Assembly: GCA_964016885.1 (NCBI GenBank)
Contig: OZ024743.1
Coordinates: 188,418,001 to 188,482,000 of the forward strand
DNA: 64,000 nt
DNA from: Eledone cirrhosa
Lineage: Eukaryota
Direction of reading: 5' to 3'
A program made the position numbers and the translations under genes. Under the pieces are notes generated by a model. The model ran no database searches, was not told the origin of the DNA, and saw only the letters and a program-made list of their open reading frames with translations. Positions 11,624 to 22,959 of this stretch are shown here, in pieces (the stretch's first letter is position 1; every line of letters begins with the position of its first letter).

Positions 11624-14277
11624 CCGTTTTACGTCCGTTCTTCCACGCTAGCATGGGTTAGACGGGTTGTCCTGTTGTGGGCAGTGTCTGGTCGGCTGAC
11701 CATGCATTGCTCATACAGGAACTGATTTGGCTTGATTTCTATAGCTGGATGCCCTTCCTAACACCAACCTCATTTACAGTGAGTGCTGGGTGCATTTTCG
11801 TGGCGCCTACACGTCCCACTTTACAGTGTGGGCTGGGTGCATTTTTGCCGTGGCACCTCCACGACCACCTTGCAGTGGGAGGGTGTGGGGGAATATTGTC
11901 TATATGCTTCAGCTTGTACCCATGGGAGGTTGGGTTCTCTGTATTACTGCATGACGCCAGAGGTCACAGTCATGTGTCATCGCCTTTGGGTAAGGTCGGC
12001 TTTTATCACCTCATCCCAGGTCATCTTGGGTGTCCCCACTTCGCGGTTTCCATCAACTCGCTAGTGCTCTGCACCTTTTTCTGCAGCTGTCATCCTTCAT
12101 ACGCATCACATGTCCATACCAACGCAACCGCCTCTCCTGCACACAGCATTTGATTCTTCTTATGCTCAGTCTCTCTCTCAATTCATTTATGCTTTGTCGT
12201 TCACATATATTACTATTACACATCCATCGGAGCATGCAGGCTTCGTTTCTCTCTAATCTACGTAAGTCTTCCGCCTTCAGCGCCCAGGTCTCACTATCAT
12301 GTAACATTGCTGTTCGGATACACGCATCATACAGTCTGCCTTTCATTTTGAGGGAGAAGCCTTTTGCAGCTAGCAGTATCAGTAGTTCCCTGAACTTCTT
12401 CCATCCCGTTCTTACCCTAGTTATTATACTTTCTGAACACCCACATCCGCTGCTAATTTGGTCACCTAGGTAGCAGAAGCTGTCTACTGTCTCTACAGAG
12501 CCCTCCCAGAGATTGGTGGTACTTGTTTCCTGTGGCTGTTTGCTGCTTGCTGCATGTGAAGCCTACATTCTTAATTAAGCTTCCTGAGATCCCGCTACAT
12601 CTCTTGTGTACCCATTGTTTGCATTTGGGGCAGAGAATGGAGTTCCTACCTACACCTTTTCTACATACTGAGCAAGGCCATTTCCCTGAGGGGATCTGGG
12701 TTCTGTTTTCTCGTCTACTTACAAGGACATTAGTCTTTGTCATGTTGACTTTGAGACCCTTTCTTTCTAGTCCCTGCTTCCAAGTTTGGAATTTCTTCTC
12801 TAGTTCTACCATAGATTCAGCTATAAGTGTGAGGTCATCAGCATACAGGAGTTCCCATGGGCATCATCATCATCATCATCATCATCACCGTTTTACGTCC
12901 GTTCTTCCACGCTAGCATGGGTTAGACGGGTTGTCCTGTTGTGCGCAGTGTCTGGTCGGCTGACCATGCCTTGCTCATACAGGAACTGATCTGGCTTGAT
13001 TTCCACAGCTGGATGCCCTTCCTAACACCAACCTCATTTACAGTGAGTGCTGGGTGCTTTTTCGTGGCGCCTACACGTTCACTTTACAGTGTGGGCTGGG
13101 TGCTTTTTTGCCGTGGCACCTCCACGACCACCTTGCGGTGGGGGGTGTGGGGGCATATTGTTTATATGCTTCAGCATGTACCCATGGGAGGTCGGGTACT
13201 CTGTATTACTGCGTGACGCCAGAAGTCACGGTCGTGTGTCATTGTCTTTGAGAGGTGTAATTGGGTAAGGTCGGCTTTTATCACCTCATCCCAGGTCATC
13301 TTGGGTCTCCCCACTCCGCGGTTTCCATCAACTTCTAGTGCTCTGCACCTTTTTATGCAGCTGTCATCCTTCATACGCATCACATGTCCATACCAGTGCA
13401 ACCGCCTCTCCTGCACACAACATTTCATTCCTCTTATGCTCAGTCTCTCTCTCAATTCATTTATGCTTTGTCGTTCACGTATATTACGGTCTTAAACTCC
13501 TCCGTTATTGCCTGCAGGATTATGATGAACAGGAGAGGGCTAAGGACAGAGCCCTGGTCGACCCCAACCTGTATGCTAAATTCCTCGCTATACTCATTGC
13601 TAATCCTAACTTTGCTGACTGTTCCCCTATACATGGCTTGAACAGCTTTCAGAAGCCATTCATCTACTCCTAGTTTTCTAAGAGCCCACCAGATTACAGC
13701 ACGTGGAACTCTGTCAAAGGCTTTCTCAAGATCGACGAATGCCAGGTAGAGTGGCTTACTTTTAGCTAGGTACTTTTCCTGTAACTGCCTCACAAGGAAG
13801 AGGGCATCAGTGGTGCCTCTTCCTGGTACAAACCCAAATTGCATCTCAACTAGTTTCACCCGGTCCCTAATCAACTGTGCTATAACTCTTTCTGTTACTT
13901 TCATGACCTGGACAATCAGCTTCTACCTCTATAGTTTCCTCTATCGAGTGCATCACCTTTACCTTTGTAGCAGTTGACAATGATGCTACTGCACCAATCT
14001 TTTGGTATGACACCTTCTTGTATTACCTGGTTAACAATACGTGTGGTTATAGTGTGACCTACAGACCCAGATGCCTTCAGCATCTCGGCAGCTATACCCG
14101 ATGGACCGGTTGCCTTCCCCATCTTCATATCTTTGATTGCCTTACTACGCTGCTGCTGACTTGTACTGCTGGCCCCTCTATAGGGTCTACTTGTGGTAGG
14201 GTCTCTTCTTCCCATGCATTCTCCTCATTTAGTAATCTCTCATAATGCATCTTTCCATGCATCTTTCTTCTCAGCAC

Positions 14278-14278
<1 letters not shown>
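11589..14278 (-). mobile_element. 5'-truncated RTE LINE (subfamily A') interrupted by a nested copy of the same subfamily
   Basis: ORF pieces 13916..14215, 13461..13904, 12462..12812 and 12053..12346 are collinear RT segments. (GAT)n tail at 11589-11622. EEFKT|(G)CPWELLYADD is split at 13487/12863. Confidence 0.9.
12862..13487 (-). mobile_element. Nested, heavily 5'-truncated RTE copy (C-terminus, 3' UTR and (GAT)n tail)
   Basis: Highly similar to 11598-12216 and has its own (CAT)n run at 12862-12886. Confidence 0.88.
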
Positions 14279-14322
<44 letters not shown>

Positions 14323-14324
14323 TA

Positions 14325-14632
14325 TTAATTCAAAATATTAACAAAAATAGACATTCGTGTGATCAAGTATATTTTATTATACATATTTCAGAGGTACTGA
14401 GCTATCTTCAACAGTACGTCCTCATCAGATAAAATAAGATGATGCATGACATACCCTGACTTAGTAGATGGTTAAGATTCAGTCATGGTGAACTTTAGTG
14501 AATTTAGTGAATTTTAGTTCATTCTACCATGACTGAATCTTAACCATCTACTAAGTCAGGGTATGTCATGCATCATCTTATTTTATCAGATGAGAACGTA
14601 CTGTTGAAGATAGCTCAGTACCTCTGAAATAT
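14325..14632. mobile_element. Fold-back PLE-like element with 107-bp inverted arms (14383-14489 and 14526-14632) carrying hammerhead motifs
   Basis: Arms differ at two positions and enclose a 36-bp spacer. (TA)n on the left; the right arm is abutted by the tail of the RTE at 14633. Confidence 0.8.
14371..14435 (-). ncRNA. Type I hammerhead ribozyme candidate with a canonical core
   Basis: Stem I ATTTTAT/ATAAAAT; core CTGATGA; stem II GGA(C)GTACTG...CAGTAC(C)TCT; GAAA-T-atgt-A-TA, giving an AUA cleavage triplet overlapping AATAAA. Confidence 0.75.
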
Positions 14633-17600
14633 CATCATCATCATCATCATCATTGTTTAACGTCCGTGTTCCACGCTTGCATGGGTTTGGACGGGGGTTT
14701 TCCCACTTGAGGCAAGAGTGATTGTCTTGCTCGCATAGGACTGTCTGGCAGGTTTTCTACAGTTGGATGCCCTTCCTAACACCAACCACATTTACAGTGT
14801 GGGTCTGGGAGGTTTTTACCGTGTTGCTTACACGGCCAAATTACAGCGTGGACTGTGTGTTTTTTTGTCGTGACACCTACACGATCTCATTTGTTTCGGC
14901 CTGGATGGTGTGGCACCAACATAACTTTACATAGAACGGGGTGGTGTGGATCGGGTGGGGGTGGTGGTGGTGGGACGGGGTGTATTTTGTTAGAGATGCC
15001 TACTGGCTGGAGTAGGTTTTACTATATATTTAGGTAAGGCGGGTCTTCTCTGTTACTGAGTACCGCCAAAGGTCTCGGTCCAGTGACATTGTCTTGGAGA
15101 GGTGTAAGTGTGTGATGTCGGAGTTTATCAGCTCGTCCCAGATTTTTCTAGGTCTGCCTATTCCGTGACTACCGTCTATCTTTATTGCCCTGCACTTTGT
15201 TATACAGCTATCGACTTTCATGCGCATCACGTGTCCATACCAACGTAGCCTTCTCTCGAGTAAACAACATTTGATCCCTCTTATCTCTAATTTTTTCCTT
15301 AGTTCGTTTATGCTTTGCCGTTCACGTATATTACTGTTACACATCCAGCGGAGCATGCAAGCTTCGTTCCTCTCTAGTCTGCGTATATCCTCTGCACACA
15401 ATGCCCAGGTCTCACTGCCATGCAGCATTGCTGTTCGTATGCAGGCATCGTACAACCTGCCTTTCATTTTTAGTGAGAACCCTTTAGCAGCTAATAGTGG
15501 TATAAGCTCTCTGAACTTTTTCCAACCAGTTATGACTCTAGCTACAGTACTTTCAGAGCACCCTCCCCCACTGCTGATTTTATCGCCCAGGTAACGGAAG
15601 CTGTCCACTATTTCTATAGAACCCTCTGCGCAATTGAAAGAGCTAGTAGTTTGTGGGCACTTGCTGCTACTTATTGCACCAGAGCACCGGCCACATGTAA
15701 AATCTATGTTCTTAGTTAGCTTACCTGTGATCCCACTACATCTTTTATGCACCCATACTTTGCATTTAGGACATAAAATGGAGTTTCTACCTACGCCTTT
15801 CCTAAACACCGAGCACGACCATTTCCCAGAAGGGACCGCCGCCTTGTTTTCTTTCCTACAAACTAGTACTTTGGTCTTAGCCAGGTTAATTTTAAGTCCT
15901 TTTGACTCTAGGCCGTGCTTCCATGTTTGGAATTTCTTCTCTAGCTCGGCCATTGATTCCGCTATGAGTGTCAGGTCGTCTGCGTATAGGAGTTCCCATG
16001 GGCAGCCTGTCTTGAACTCCTCTGTTATAGCCTGAAGGGCAATAATAAATAGTAGTGGGCTGAGAACAGAGCCCTGATGGACGCCAACTTTTACGCTAAA
16101 CTCTTCACTATATTCGTTGTTAATTCTAACCTTGCTGACTGTTTCTTTATACATGGCTTGTATAGCCCTCACAAGCCATTCGTCAACGCCTAGTTTTCTA
16201 AGAGCCCACCAGATAATGGAGCGGGGGACTCTGTCGAAGGCTTTCTCCAAGTCGACAAAAGCTAAGTAGAGGGGTTTACCTTTAGCTAGGTACTTCTCCT
16301 GTAGTTGTCGTACTATGAAAAGAGCGTCTGTGGTACTTTTGCCTGACACAAACCCGAACTGCATTTCATCTAGGTCAATTCTCTCTCTGATTAGTTGCGC
16401 TATTACTTTTTCCGTGACCTTCATGACCTGGTCGATTAATTTAATGCCTCTATAGTTACTCCTATCTAGGGCGTCTCCTTTACCCTTATAACAGTTAACG
16501 ATGATGCTGCTATGCCAGTCCTTCGGAACAACCCCATTCTGTACGACTTGGTTAACTATGCGGGTGACCATGGTGTGTCCCACCGTGCCAGATGCCTTCA
16601 GCATCTCAGCAACTATTTCCGAAGGCCCAGCCGCCTTACCCGTCTTCATATCCTTGATTGCCTTACTTATTATACTCCCCTCGACTAACACTGCTGGTCC
16701 CTCTATTGGGTCGATATGGGGGAGACTGCCTTTCTCCCAATTATTCTCCTCATTTAGTAGCCTTTCATAGTGACACTTCCAAGCTACCTTCTTATCAGCG
16801 TCGGTGATGGCAAGTGTGCCATCGTCGTTTAGTACACACTTCTCCCCGACAATATCACGGTTTTCCTTGACGCATTGCCTAGCAATCCTGAACACCTCAC
16901 GTTTTTGGTCATCGCGTTGTAGAACATGCTTGAACTTTCTTTCCTCAGCTTCCCTTCTTGCTAAGTACACTTGTCTCCTAGCTTCCCTCCTGGCCACTTG
17001 ATAGTCCTCTCTACTTCCCCCATCCCGCCATACTTTCCAAGCCTGCTTTTTGGCCTTAATTGACCCCTCCACCTTACTGTTCCACCACCATGTTACTCTC
17101 CTCCTGCCTACAGGCCTGCTCCAGCCACAGACTTCGTCTGTCGCCAACAGCAGGTTTGCTTTCAGAAATTCCCACTCTCCCTCTATATTGTCCGACTCTA
17201 AATGTTCTTCCTTACTGTCGAAAGCATCAAGTAGTATGCTTTGAAATTTATTCCTGGCTGTGGGGTCCTTTAGCTTCCATATTTTCCTCCTGAGGATAGT
17301 CCTCTTCTGTTGTCGAGTACGTCTCGTCCTGACTATGAGGTCGCTAATTATCAGTCTATGTTGGGAGGTGCATTCTTCATGGGGGAGGGATTTAGTGTTT
17401 ACAACAGACACTCTGTCACGTCTTCTGGTAAGGATATAATCTACCTGGCTTGTGTTTTCCCCGGATCTATAGGTGATCAGGTGATTGTCACGTTTTTTGA
17501 AGTTAGTGTTACAGATAGTTAGGTTATTTGCATCACAGAATTCCAGGATTCTGGAGCCTTCCTCATTTCTAGTACCAAACCCATAGCCTCCATGGATTTC

Positions 17601-18166
17601 GTCGTAGCCGTCACAATGTTGTCCAACGTGACCATTTAGGTCGCCTGCGATAATTATATAGTCACTGTCGGATATTTGGGAGGTAGTTAGCATCAGTGTC
17701 TCATAGAATCTGTCTTTTATAGTGCCGGGCAGTCCGGATTGGGGTGCGTACGCAGATATTACTGTCACCGTAGTTCTATTGAGGACAAGTCGTATTTTAA
17801 TTATTCTGTCGTTCACTCTATTTACGTCTATTATCTTATCTGCCCACTTTTCTGCTACCATGATTCCTACTCCACCCAGCCCATCGTCGTTTCCCACCCA
17901 GAAAAGCTTATAACATCTTTTTTTACCCTCAATGAACCTAGCAGACCCACCCCTCCACCTGGTCTCTTGAATACAACAAACATCGACCTCCTTACGTTCA
18001 ATCATTTCTACAACCTCGTTAGCGCGACCCTTTAGGGTGCCTACATTTATGGTACCAACTCTGAAGTTTTGGATTGCGTTTGAGGGTTGGGGGCGGTGGG
18101 GGGCGGGGGGCGATGGGGTTATGTTAGCCGTCCGCGGTCGAAACAATGAGGAGTGCTCGCATTCTC
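14633..18166 (-). mobile_element. Near full-length RTE LINE (subfamily A) with an uninterrupted ORF, about 390-nt 3' UTR and (GAT)n tail
   Basis: Single ORF plus 3' UTR nearly identical to 53138-53527; 5' end abuts a (TA)n/(TG)n tract. Confidence 0.95.
15030..18146 (-). CDS. RTE-clade LINE polyprotein: APE endonuclease, reverse transcriptase, internal PHD-like C4HC3 finger
   Basis: APE motifs (TINVGTL, CIQETRW, SAYAPQ, GDLNGH, DYIL, SQHR) and RT motifs (NYRGIKL, QFGF, FVDLEKAFD, QGSVLSPLLF, LYADD, FRYLG). Ends with the RTE-type RLRWYGHV..GRPRK.W. The annotated start codon is TTG. Confidence 0.95.
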   Translation of the reverse strand: MFRPRTANITPSPPAPHRPQPSNAIQNFRVGTINVGTLKGRANEVVEMIERKEVDVCCIQETRWRGGSARFIEGKKRCYKLFWVGNDDGLGGVGIMVAEKWADKIIDVNRVNDRIIKIRLVLNRTTVTVISAYAPQSGLPGTIKDRFYETLMLTTSQISDSDYIIIAGDLNGHVGQHCDGYDEIHGGYGFGTRNEEGSRILEFCDANNLTICNTNFKKRDNHLITYRSGENTSQVDYILTRRRDRVSVVNTKSLPHEECTSQHRLIISDLIVRTRRTRQQKRTILRRKIWKLKDPTARNKFQSILLDAFDSKEEHLESDNIEGEWEFLKANLLLATDEVCGWSRPVGRRRVTWWWNSKVEGSIKAKKQAWKVWRDGGSREDYQVARREARRQVYLARREAEERKFKHVLQRDDQKREVFRIARQCVKENRDIVGEKCVLNDDGTLAITDADKKVAWKCHYERLLNEENNWEKGSLPHIDPIEGPAVLVEGSIISKAIKDMKTGKAAGPSEIVAEMLKASGTVGHTMVTRIVNQVVQNGVVPKDWHSSIIVNCYKGKGDALDRSNYRGIKLIDQVMKVTEKVIAQLIRERIDLDEMQFGFVSGKSTTDALFIVRQLQEKYLAKGKPLYLAFVDLEKAFDRVPRSIIWWALRKLGVDEWLVRAIQAMYKETVSKVRINNEYSEEFSVKVGVHQGSVLSPLLFIIALQAITEEFKTGCPWELLYADDLTLIAESMAELEKKFQTWKHGLESKGLKINLAKTKVLVCRKENKAAVPSGKWSCSVFRKGVGRNSILCPKCKVWVHKRCSGITGKLTKNIDFTCGRCSGAISSSKCPQTTSSFNCAEGSIEIVDSFRYLGDKISSGGGCSESTVARVITGWKKFRELIPLLAAKGFSLKMKGRLYDACIRTAMLHGSETWALCAEDIRRLERNEACMLRWMCNSNIRERQSINELRKKLEIRGIKCCLLERRLRWYGHVMRMKVDSCITKCRAIKIDGSHGIGRPRKIWDELINSDITHLHLSKTMSLDRDLWRYSVTEKTRLT

Positions 18167-18204
<38 letters not shown>

Positions 18205-18479
18205 AGATAGATAGATGTTCATAGAGAGAGAGAGAGAGAAATATATATATTATATATATGCACACACCCACGCACACACACACACACATATATAGTGTAG
18301 TGTAGTTTGGTAATGAATATGCAAAGTTGGGAAAGCACTCAATCTGTGGAAAGAGTTTGTGATATATAGATATTTTTACACTAAATATATTCTCATTTAG
18401 GGACAATTGTTTTACTAGGCATCTGTTTCAGGTCATTCACTGATACCAGAATCCAGTTCACCAGCCTATGTTAACTCCA

Positions 18480-18623
18480 GTTTGTGATGGTTGTGATATT
18501 TTCCTTCAAATGTGAATGTTTGGTAGAATTAAGGAAGCAAAGGCTTATTAGAATTTGAAGCAAGAAGCAAATGCTGGAATCAAATGACCTTAAAATCAAT
18601 TTAGCTACGACTAATGTCCTAGT

Positions 18624-18660
<37 letters not shown>

Positions 18661-18790
18661 TCTGATTCCTTCAGATGGCTGCCTAGTGACAACTTCTGCA
18701 CCTTGGGTACCAAATTAGTAGTGAGGGTGGGCGTTCTGAAAATACAGTAGCCAGAGAGAATTACAATGGAAAAAGTTCAGGAAAGAAATG
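18480..18790 (+). pseudogene. Old decayed RTE RT fragment on plus
   Basis: Encodes LESNDLKINLATTNVLVS and a remnant of VAR...WKKFR. Confidence 0.6.
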
Positions 18791-18829
18791 AGGCAAGAAA
18801 GAAATGAGAAAACAAAGATAGAAACTGGG

Positions 18830-19240
18830 TCTACATCGACCTGCCACACCACATCAAACAAACAGAAATTCATTTGAGAAATTGTATCAAATGATGGTGT
18901 CTCCCAGTGTGAGTAATAAGGTGTTGGCAGACGTTGAATATACCTTTCACAGAGCAAAGATGAAGATGCCTGTCCCATTTAGCAATACCCTCTCTCTGAG
19001 AAAACTCTACTACAAGAGAAGTAGTAAACAACACAGAGTCGATACACCTGAGAAATCATGTAGAATATGAACAGAACTGTGCATGCAGAGCCAACTACAT
19101 CAGTTCCATGAAATGACAATTACACTAAAGAGTGTAAGAACACTTTAAAAATGCAACACCTTCCAAATGCAGTATTCCTGCACAGAGAAGAATGTGGGGG
19201 GAATTATTACAGTGCAGCCCATCTTTTAACATGACCGTCT
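18830..19240 (+). pseudogene. Decayed Penelope-like element C-terminus (linker and GIY-YIG endonuclease)
   Basis: From 19051: RNHVEYEQNCACRANYISSMK*QLH*RV*EHF, matching the PLE pattern VVY.F.C.C...YIG.T.R.L..R..EH. Downstream YSAAHLL; upstream VSNKV...VPFSNTLSLRKL. Confidence 0.6.
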
Positions 19241-19941
19241 AACACAGAATAGAATGTGTGTGTATGTATGTGTGTGAATGTGTGTGTATGCATGTGTGTA
19301 CTACCACACCTGTAGCCTGCTGCATTAGAAACCTCTGTGGTGCAGGTAAATATTTTTTTCAGGTTTTTGTTGTTGTCATCTGTATGATGTTCAAATATTA
19401 TCTATGCTTTCTGTTCATAACCCTTTCAAAATTGAACAATTAATTAGAAATGTTTCATTCACATGATATATAAACATATAAACCAGATTGGTTGACTTAC
19501 GAATATTAGGAAATATTAAATTATAAGGTAGTGTCACCACCAATAATAAAGAACAGCAAACAATATTTGAACAAATCAAATAAAGTACACATGGAGATGG
19601 AAGTATAAAGATATGTGTCATCACCATCAACATTATAATCTTTTTGTGCATGCTTTTCCATTCTGGCAGGGGTTGTCCAGATAATTATTATCTATGTCAG
19701 TACTTAACTGGCGCTACTGTCCTCTGAGAAATATTTAATTCTCTGCATGATTTCTACCACTGGATATCCTTGGTAACATCAATCACTTTACAGATTATGT
19801 TGGATGCATTTTATCATGGTACTAGAGAGACTCTCATATCTTTGACATGACTGTTCTCTCTACTACCCATTGACTAGTGTAGAAAGTGTACAGGGAGGAT
19901 TTCTATTGTAGGTTTAAAGTAGAGAAATTGTCATGTCTTAA

Positions 19942-20149
19942 CCCTTTAGCATTTACATTACTCTATATTTACTATTGTATTTTCATGGTAAAGGCTTTAT
20001 CTTACATAATATCGAGTCTATGGGATTTTGATATTATTTATTTTGAGAACAATACCTTCACATCAGTATGGATGGCTGGTTCCGGCCAGTTTGAACAGAA
20101 AAAGGTAAGAGAATTCTGGCTGGACATGGTCGGTTTAAATGCTAAAGGG
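19942..20149. mobile_element. piggyBac-type non-autonomous MITE
   Basis: TTAA|CCCTTTAGCATTTA...TAAATGCTAAAGGG|TTAA; second copy at 47412-47631. Confidence 0.9.
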
Positions 20150-20519
20150 TTAAACATGACTGAAGTGCCCTCTTCACTATGTAGTTTACCTCTTAAGTGG
20201 CAGCCACTTTATGCCTTTCATAATGGCATCAACCTTAGAGAGGCAGACCTGGCCAAGAGGTAATAAGATGCATAGTAGTGGTTAAGCGAGTATTTATAGA
20301 GTGATGAAGTGGTGATAGAGATAACATGGTGGCTGAGAAGGTGGTTTGATTATGCAAGCTAGACAGAATGGTGGTATATTGGTGATTATTGATAAGAAGA
20401 TGAATAGAAATAACAGGAGAGATACAGGGAAGAAGATGTGTGAGGAATGACAGGCGGCATGGATGATTGTGGCACTAGAAGTTAATGGGGTAGCAGTAAG
20501 TTACATAGCACAGAAAGAA

Positions 20520-20835
20520 CATTATCATCAACATCATCGTTTTACATCTATTTTCCACATTGGCATGAGCTGGACATGTGCACATGTTCTGAAGTCAGGC
20601 AGGTTGTGTAACTAAGCCCTGCTTAGATGTTCTACTTTGGCATGGTTTCTACAACTGGATGCCTTTTTAACACCAATCATTTTACAGCATACACTAGGTG
20701 CATTTTACCAAGGCACTAGCAATACCATTTCAGAGTGGGCTGGGTGGGTGCATTTTATCATGATACCAATGCTATCAATTTAGAGAATATCTTGGACCTG
20801 TTTTATCATGGCACCAGCACTTCTCATTTACAGAG
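20520..20835 (-). mobile_element. Old SINE/RTE 3'-end relic with multiplied GGATGCCCTTCC...ACAGTG..CTGGGTGC subrepeats; similar relics at about 8490-8720, 19620-19830, 33110-33540, 38525-38650, 59050-59240 (minus) and 42430-42700, 56860-57170 (plus)
   Basis: Degenerate (CAT)n tail, ttccatgct.gcatg, tttcta..gctggatgcccttcctaacacc and repeated cattt.cagagtgggctgggtg. Confidence 0.65.
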
Positions 20836-22591
20836 GAAACCATCTTTGTTAACATAACTTTTGCCTGAAGAAAGATTTGGTTTGGCTAATCTTGAAACAT
20901 CTGTAGCACTAATTTATAAACCTACTATACATAAACTCATTATAATATGTCTTTGCACAAGATTGTGTTCTTTATACACCTTTGGATATTCAAAGAGATA
21001 CACATGCACATATATATACACACATATATATATAGATATACTGAGAGAGATACTTAGATAGGAAAATATGTATAGAGAGAGAGCGAGAGAATTATAGAGA
21101 CAAAGAAAGAGAAACAGAGATCGTTATGTACGCATGCAAACATGATTGGTAATAACAAAATCTCCATATTGTACATGAATCTGAAACAAGTAAATAGTTT
21201 AGATGATACTCATAACGATGCAATATTTTACAGTAGTCTAATTTCCCTATACACACCATGCCTCACAGTGATAAATTTCAGTATTCATGCATCTATTCCT
21301 GCAGAAGTATAATATATATCACCTCACTAGTTTCTAGATATCGTTCAAAGATGATAGTGATATTATTGACGATAGAGTTTATAACGGTTGCAGTGGTAGT
21401 GTATTGGTATGTGCGTGTGAGGGTAATGTTGTGTGTGGTGATGGTGGTGAGAAATTTATCTTACAAAATGGTATATTTCTATATGACTGTCACTTCATAT
21501 TGAACAGATTCAGATAGTCCATTATTTTTATGATATTAACAGAGAATGGCTAGCAGAGATGAATATGTAAAATGTGTATATACGTAATAAGTGTTAGCTG
21601 GCACCAAAGTCCAAGGATAAGGTTAAGGTATTAAACAGGGCTTCATGAATAATTCACGAATTCATTACAAACATAGAAAAGAAGCAATTTCTTCACAATT
21701 ATGATAGTCTGAATGGATTTACGTTTTTTTACAGTGAACAATCCTACTGAATATTGATTCGAAATATAAAATTATATCTTTACACATAAGTGTGTATAAC
21801 TTTCTAAACTTTTGTGTATTTTGTTTTATAAGACTTTCACTAACGTAAGTTATTCCTTTACATTTAAATGTCCATCATATATGAGAGAAATATAAAATTA
21901 CGCTTTTTAGATATTATGGTGAAATTTGAGAAGCAATATAGAATTTGGAGAAAAAAAATTGCTGGGTTATTTTACACACTTTACACTTTATATTTAGCTG
22001 TTTCCAATAAATGGACTACTTAATGGTTTCGGACAATTAGTGGTATTGTTTTTAAATAGGCTTAGTTTCTCTACACAAACTGATCATGTCTAGATGTTTG
22101 CTAGTTATAATTTTCATCTTATAATAGATTATAATGAGTAGAGACTTTCAGTTAAACTTAAAACATCTGGCTGGTATTTTAAGCACAATGGGGTGTTATA
22201 ATGTTTATGATTGAGATGCTAAAAACTGTTACATAACATTCCTATGCATCTAAATCAACTGAGGAAGGCCTGAATGACACACTTTAATTTAATCTGCGTC
22301 AAATAAAAATGAAACTAATCCTTTATCATTGAAATGCAAATTAATAGGTATATTACAAAAAATATTACTGCATCAAGTATGCTACTTTATTCAGCATATT
22401 GCTAATGTCATATTTCAAATTTTTCCACTATGATAAATAAATTTCAGAAAAAGTACTGTAATAGCAGCATAACATTAACCAGGTTTAATTCTCCCTTAAA
22501 AAAAAAAAAAAATTGGATTAATATCTTCTCAAACAGAAACCCTTACTATCCATACACAAATCTTTAGGTGGCTTGTTCCATTACATTATTA

Positions 22592-22957
22592 GATTGGCAG
22601 TATTGGTAGAGGGTCGGACGCCATGCTTTCCAGCATAGTTACGTCCCTTTATGATCTGAGTTCAAATCCCGCCGAGGTTGACTTTGCCTTTCATCCTTAC
22701 GGGGTCGATAAAATAAAGTACCAGTAATGCACTGGGTTATTGCTGGCCTTGTGCCTAATGTAGAAACAATTATTATTCAGTATCGGTAGAGGGTCGGACG
22801 CCATGCTTTCCAGCATAGTTACGTCCCTTTATGATCTGAGTTCAAATCCCGCCGAGGTTGACTTTGCCTTTCATCCTTACGGGGTCGATAAAATAAAGTA
22901 CCAGTAATACACTGGGCAATTGCTGGCCTTGTGCAAAAAGTAGAAACAATTATTATT
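22592..22957 (+). mobile_element. Head-to-tail dimer of a young tRNA-derived SINE (22592-22777 and 22778-22957)
   Basis: Two nearly identical 180-bp units, both matching 48813-48997 and slightly 5'-truncated, joined through an (ATT)n tail. Confidence 0.9.
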
Positions 22958-22959
22958 GA

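Noticed and set aside
15220-18035. Plus-strand ORFs overlapping the RTE copies (also at 4414, 12030, 26160-29531, 44929-46870, 53808-54398)
   Set aside because: Antisense shadows of the LINE ORF; they recur only because the LINE recurs.
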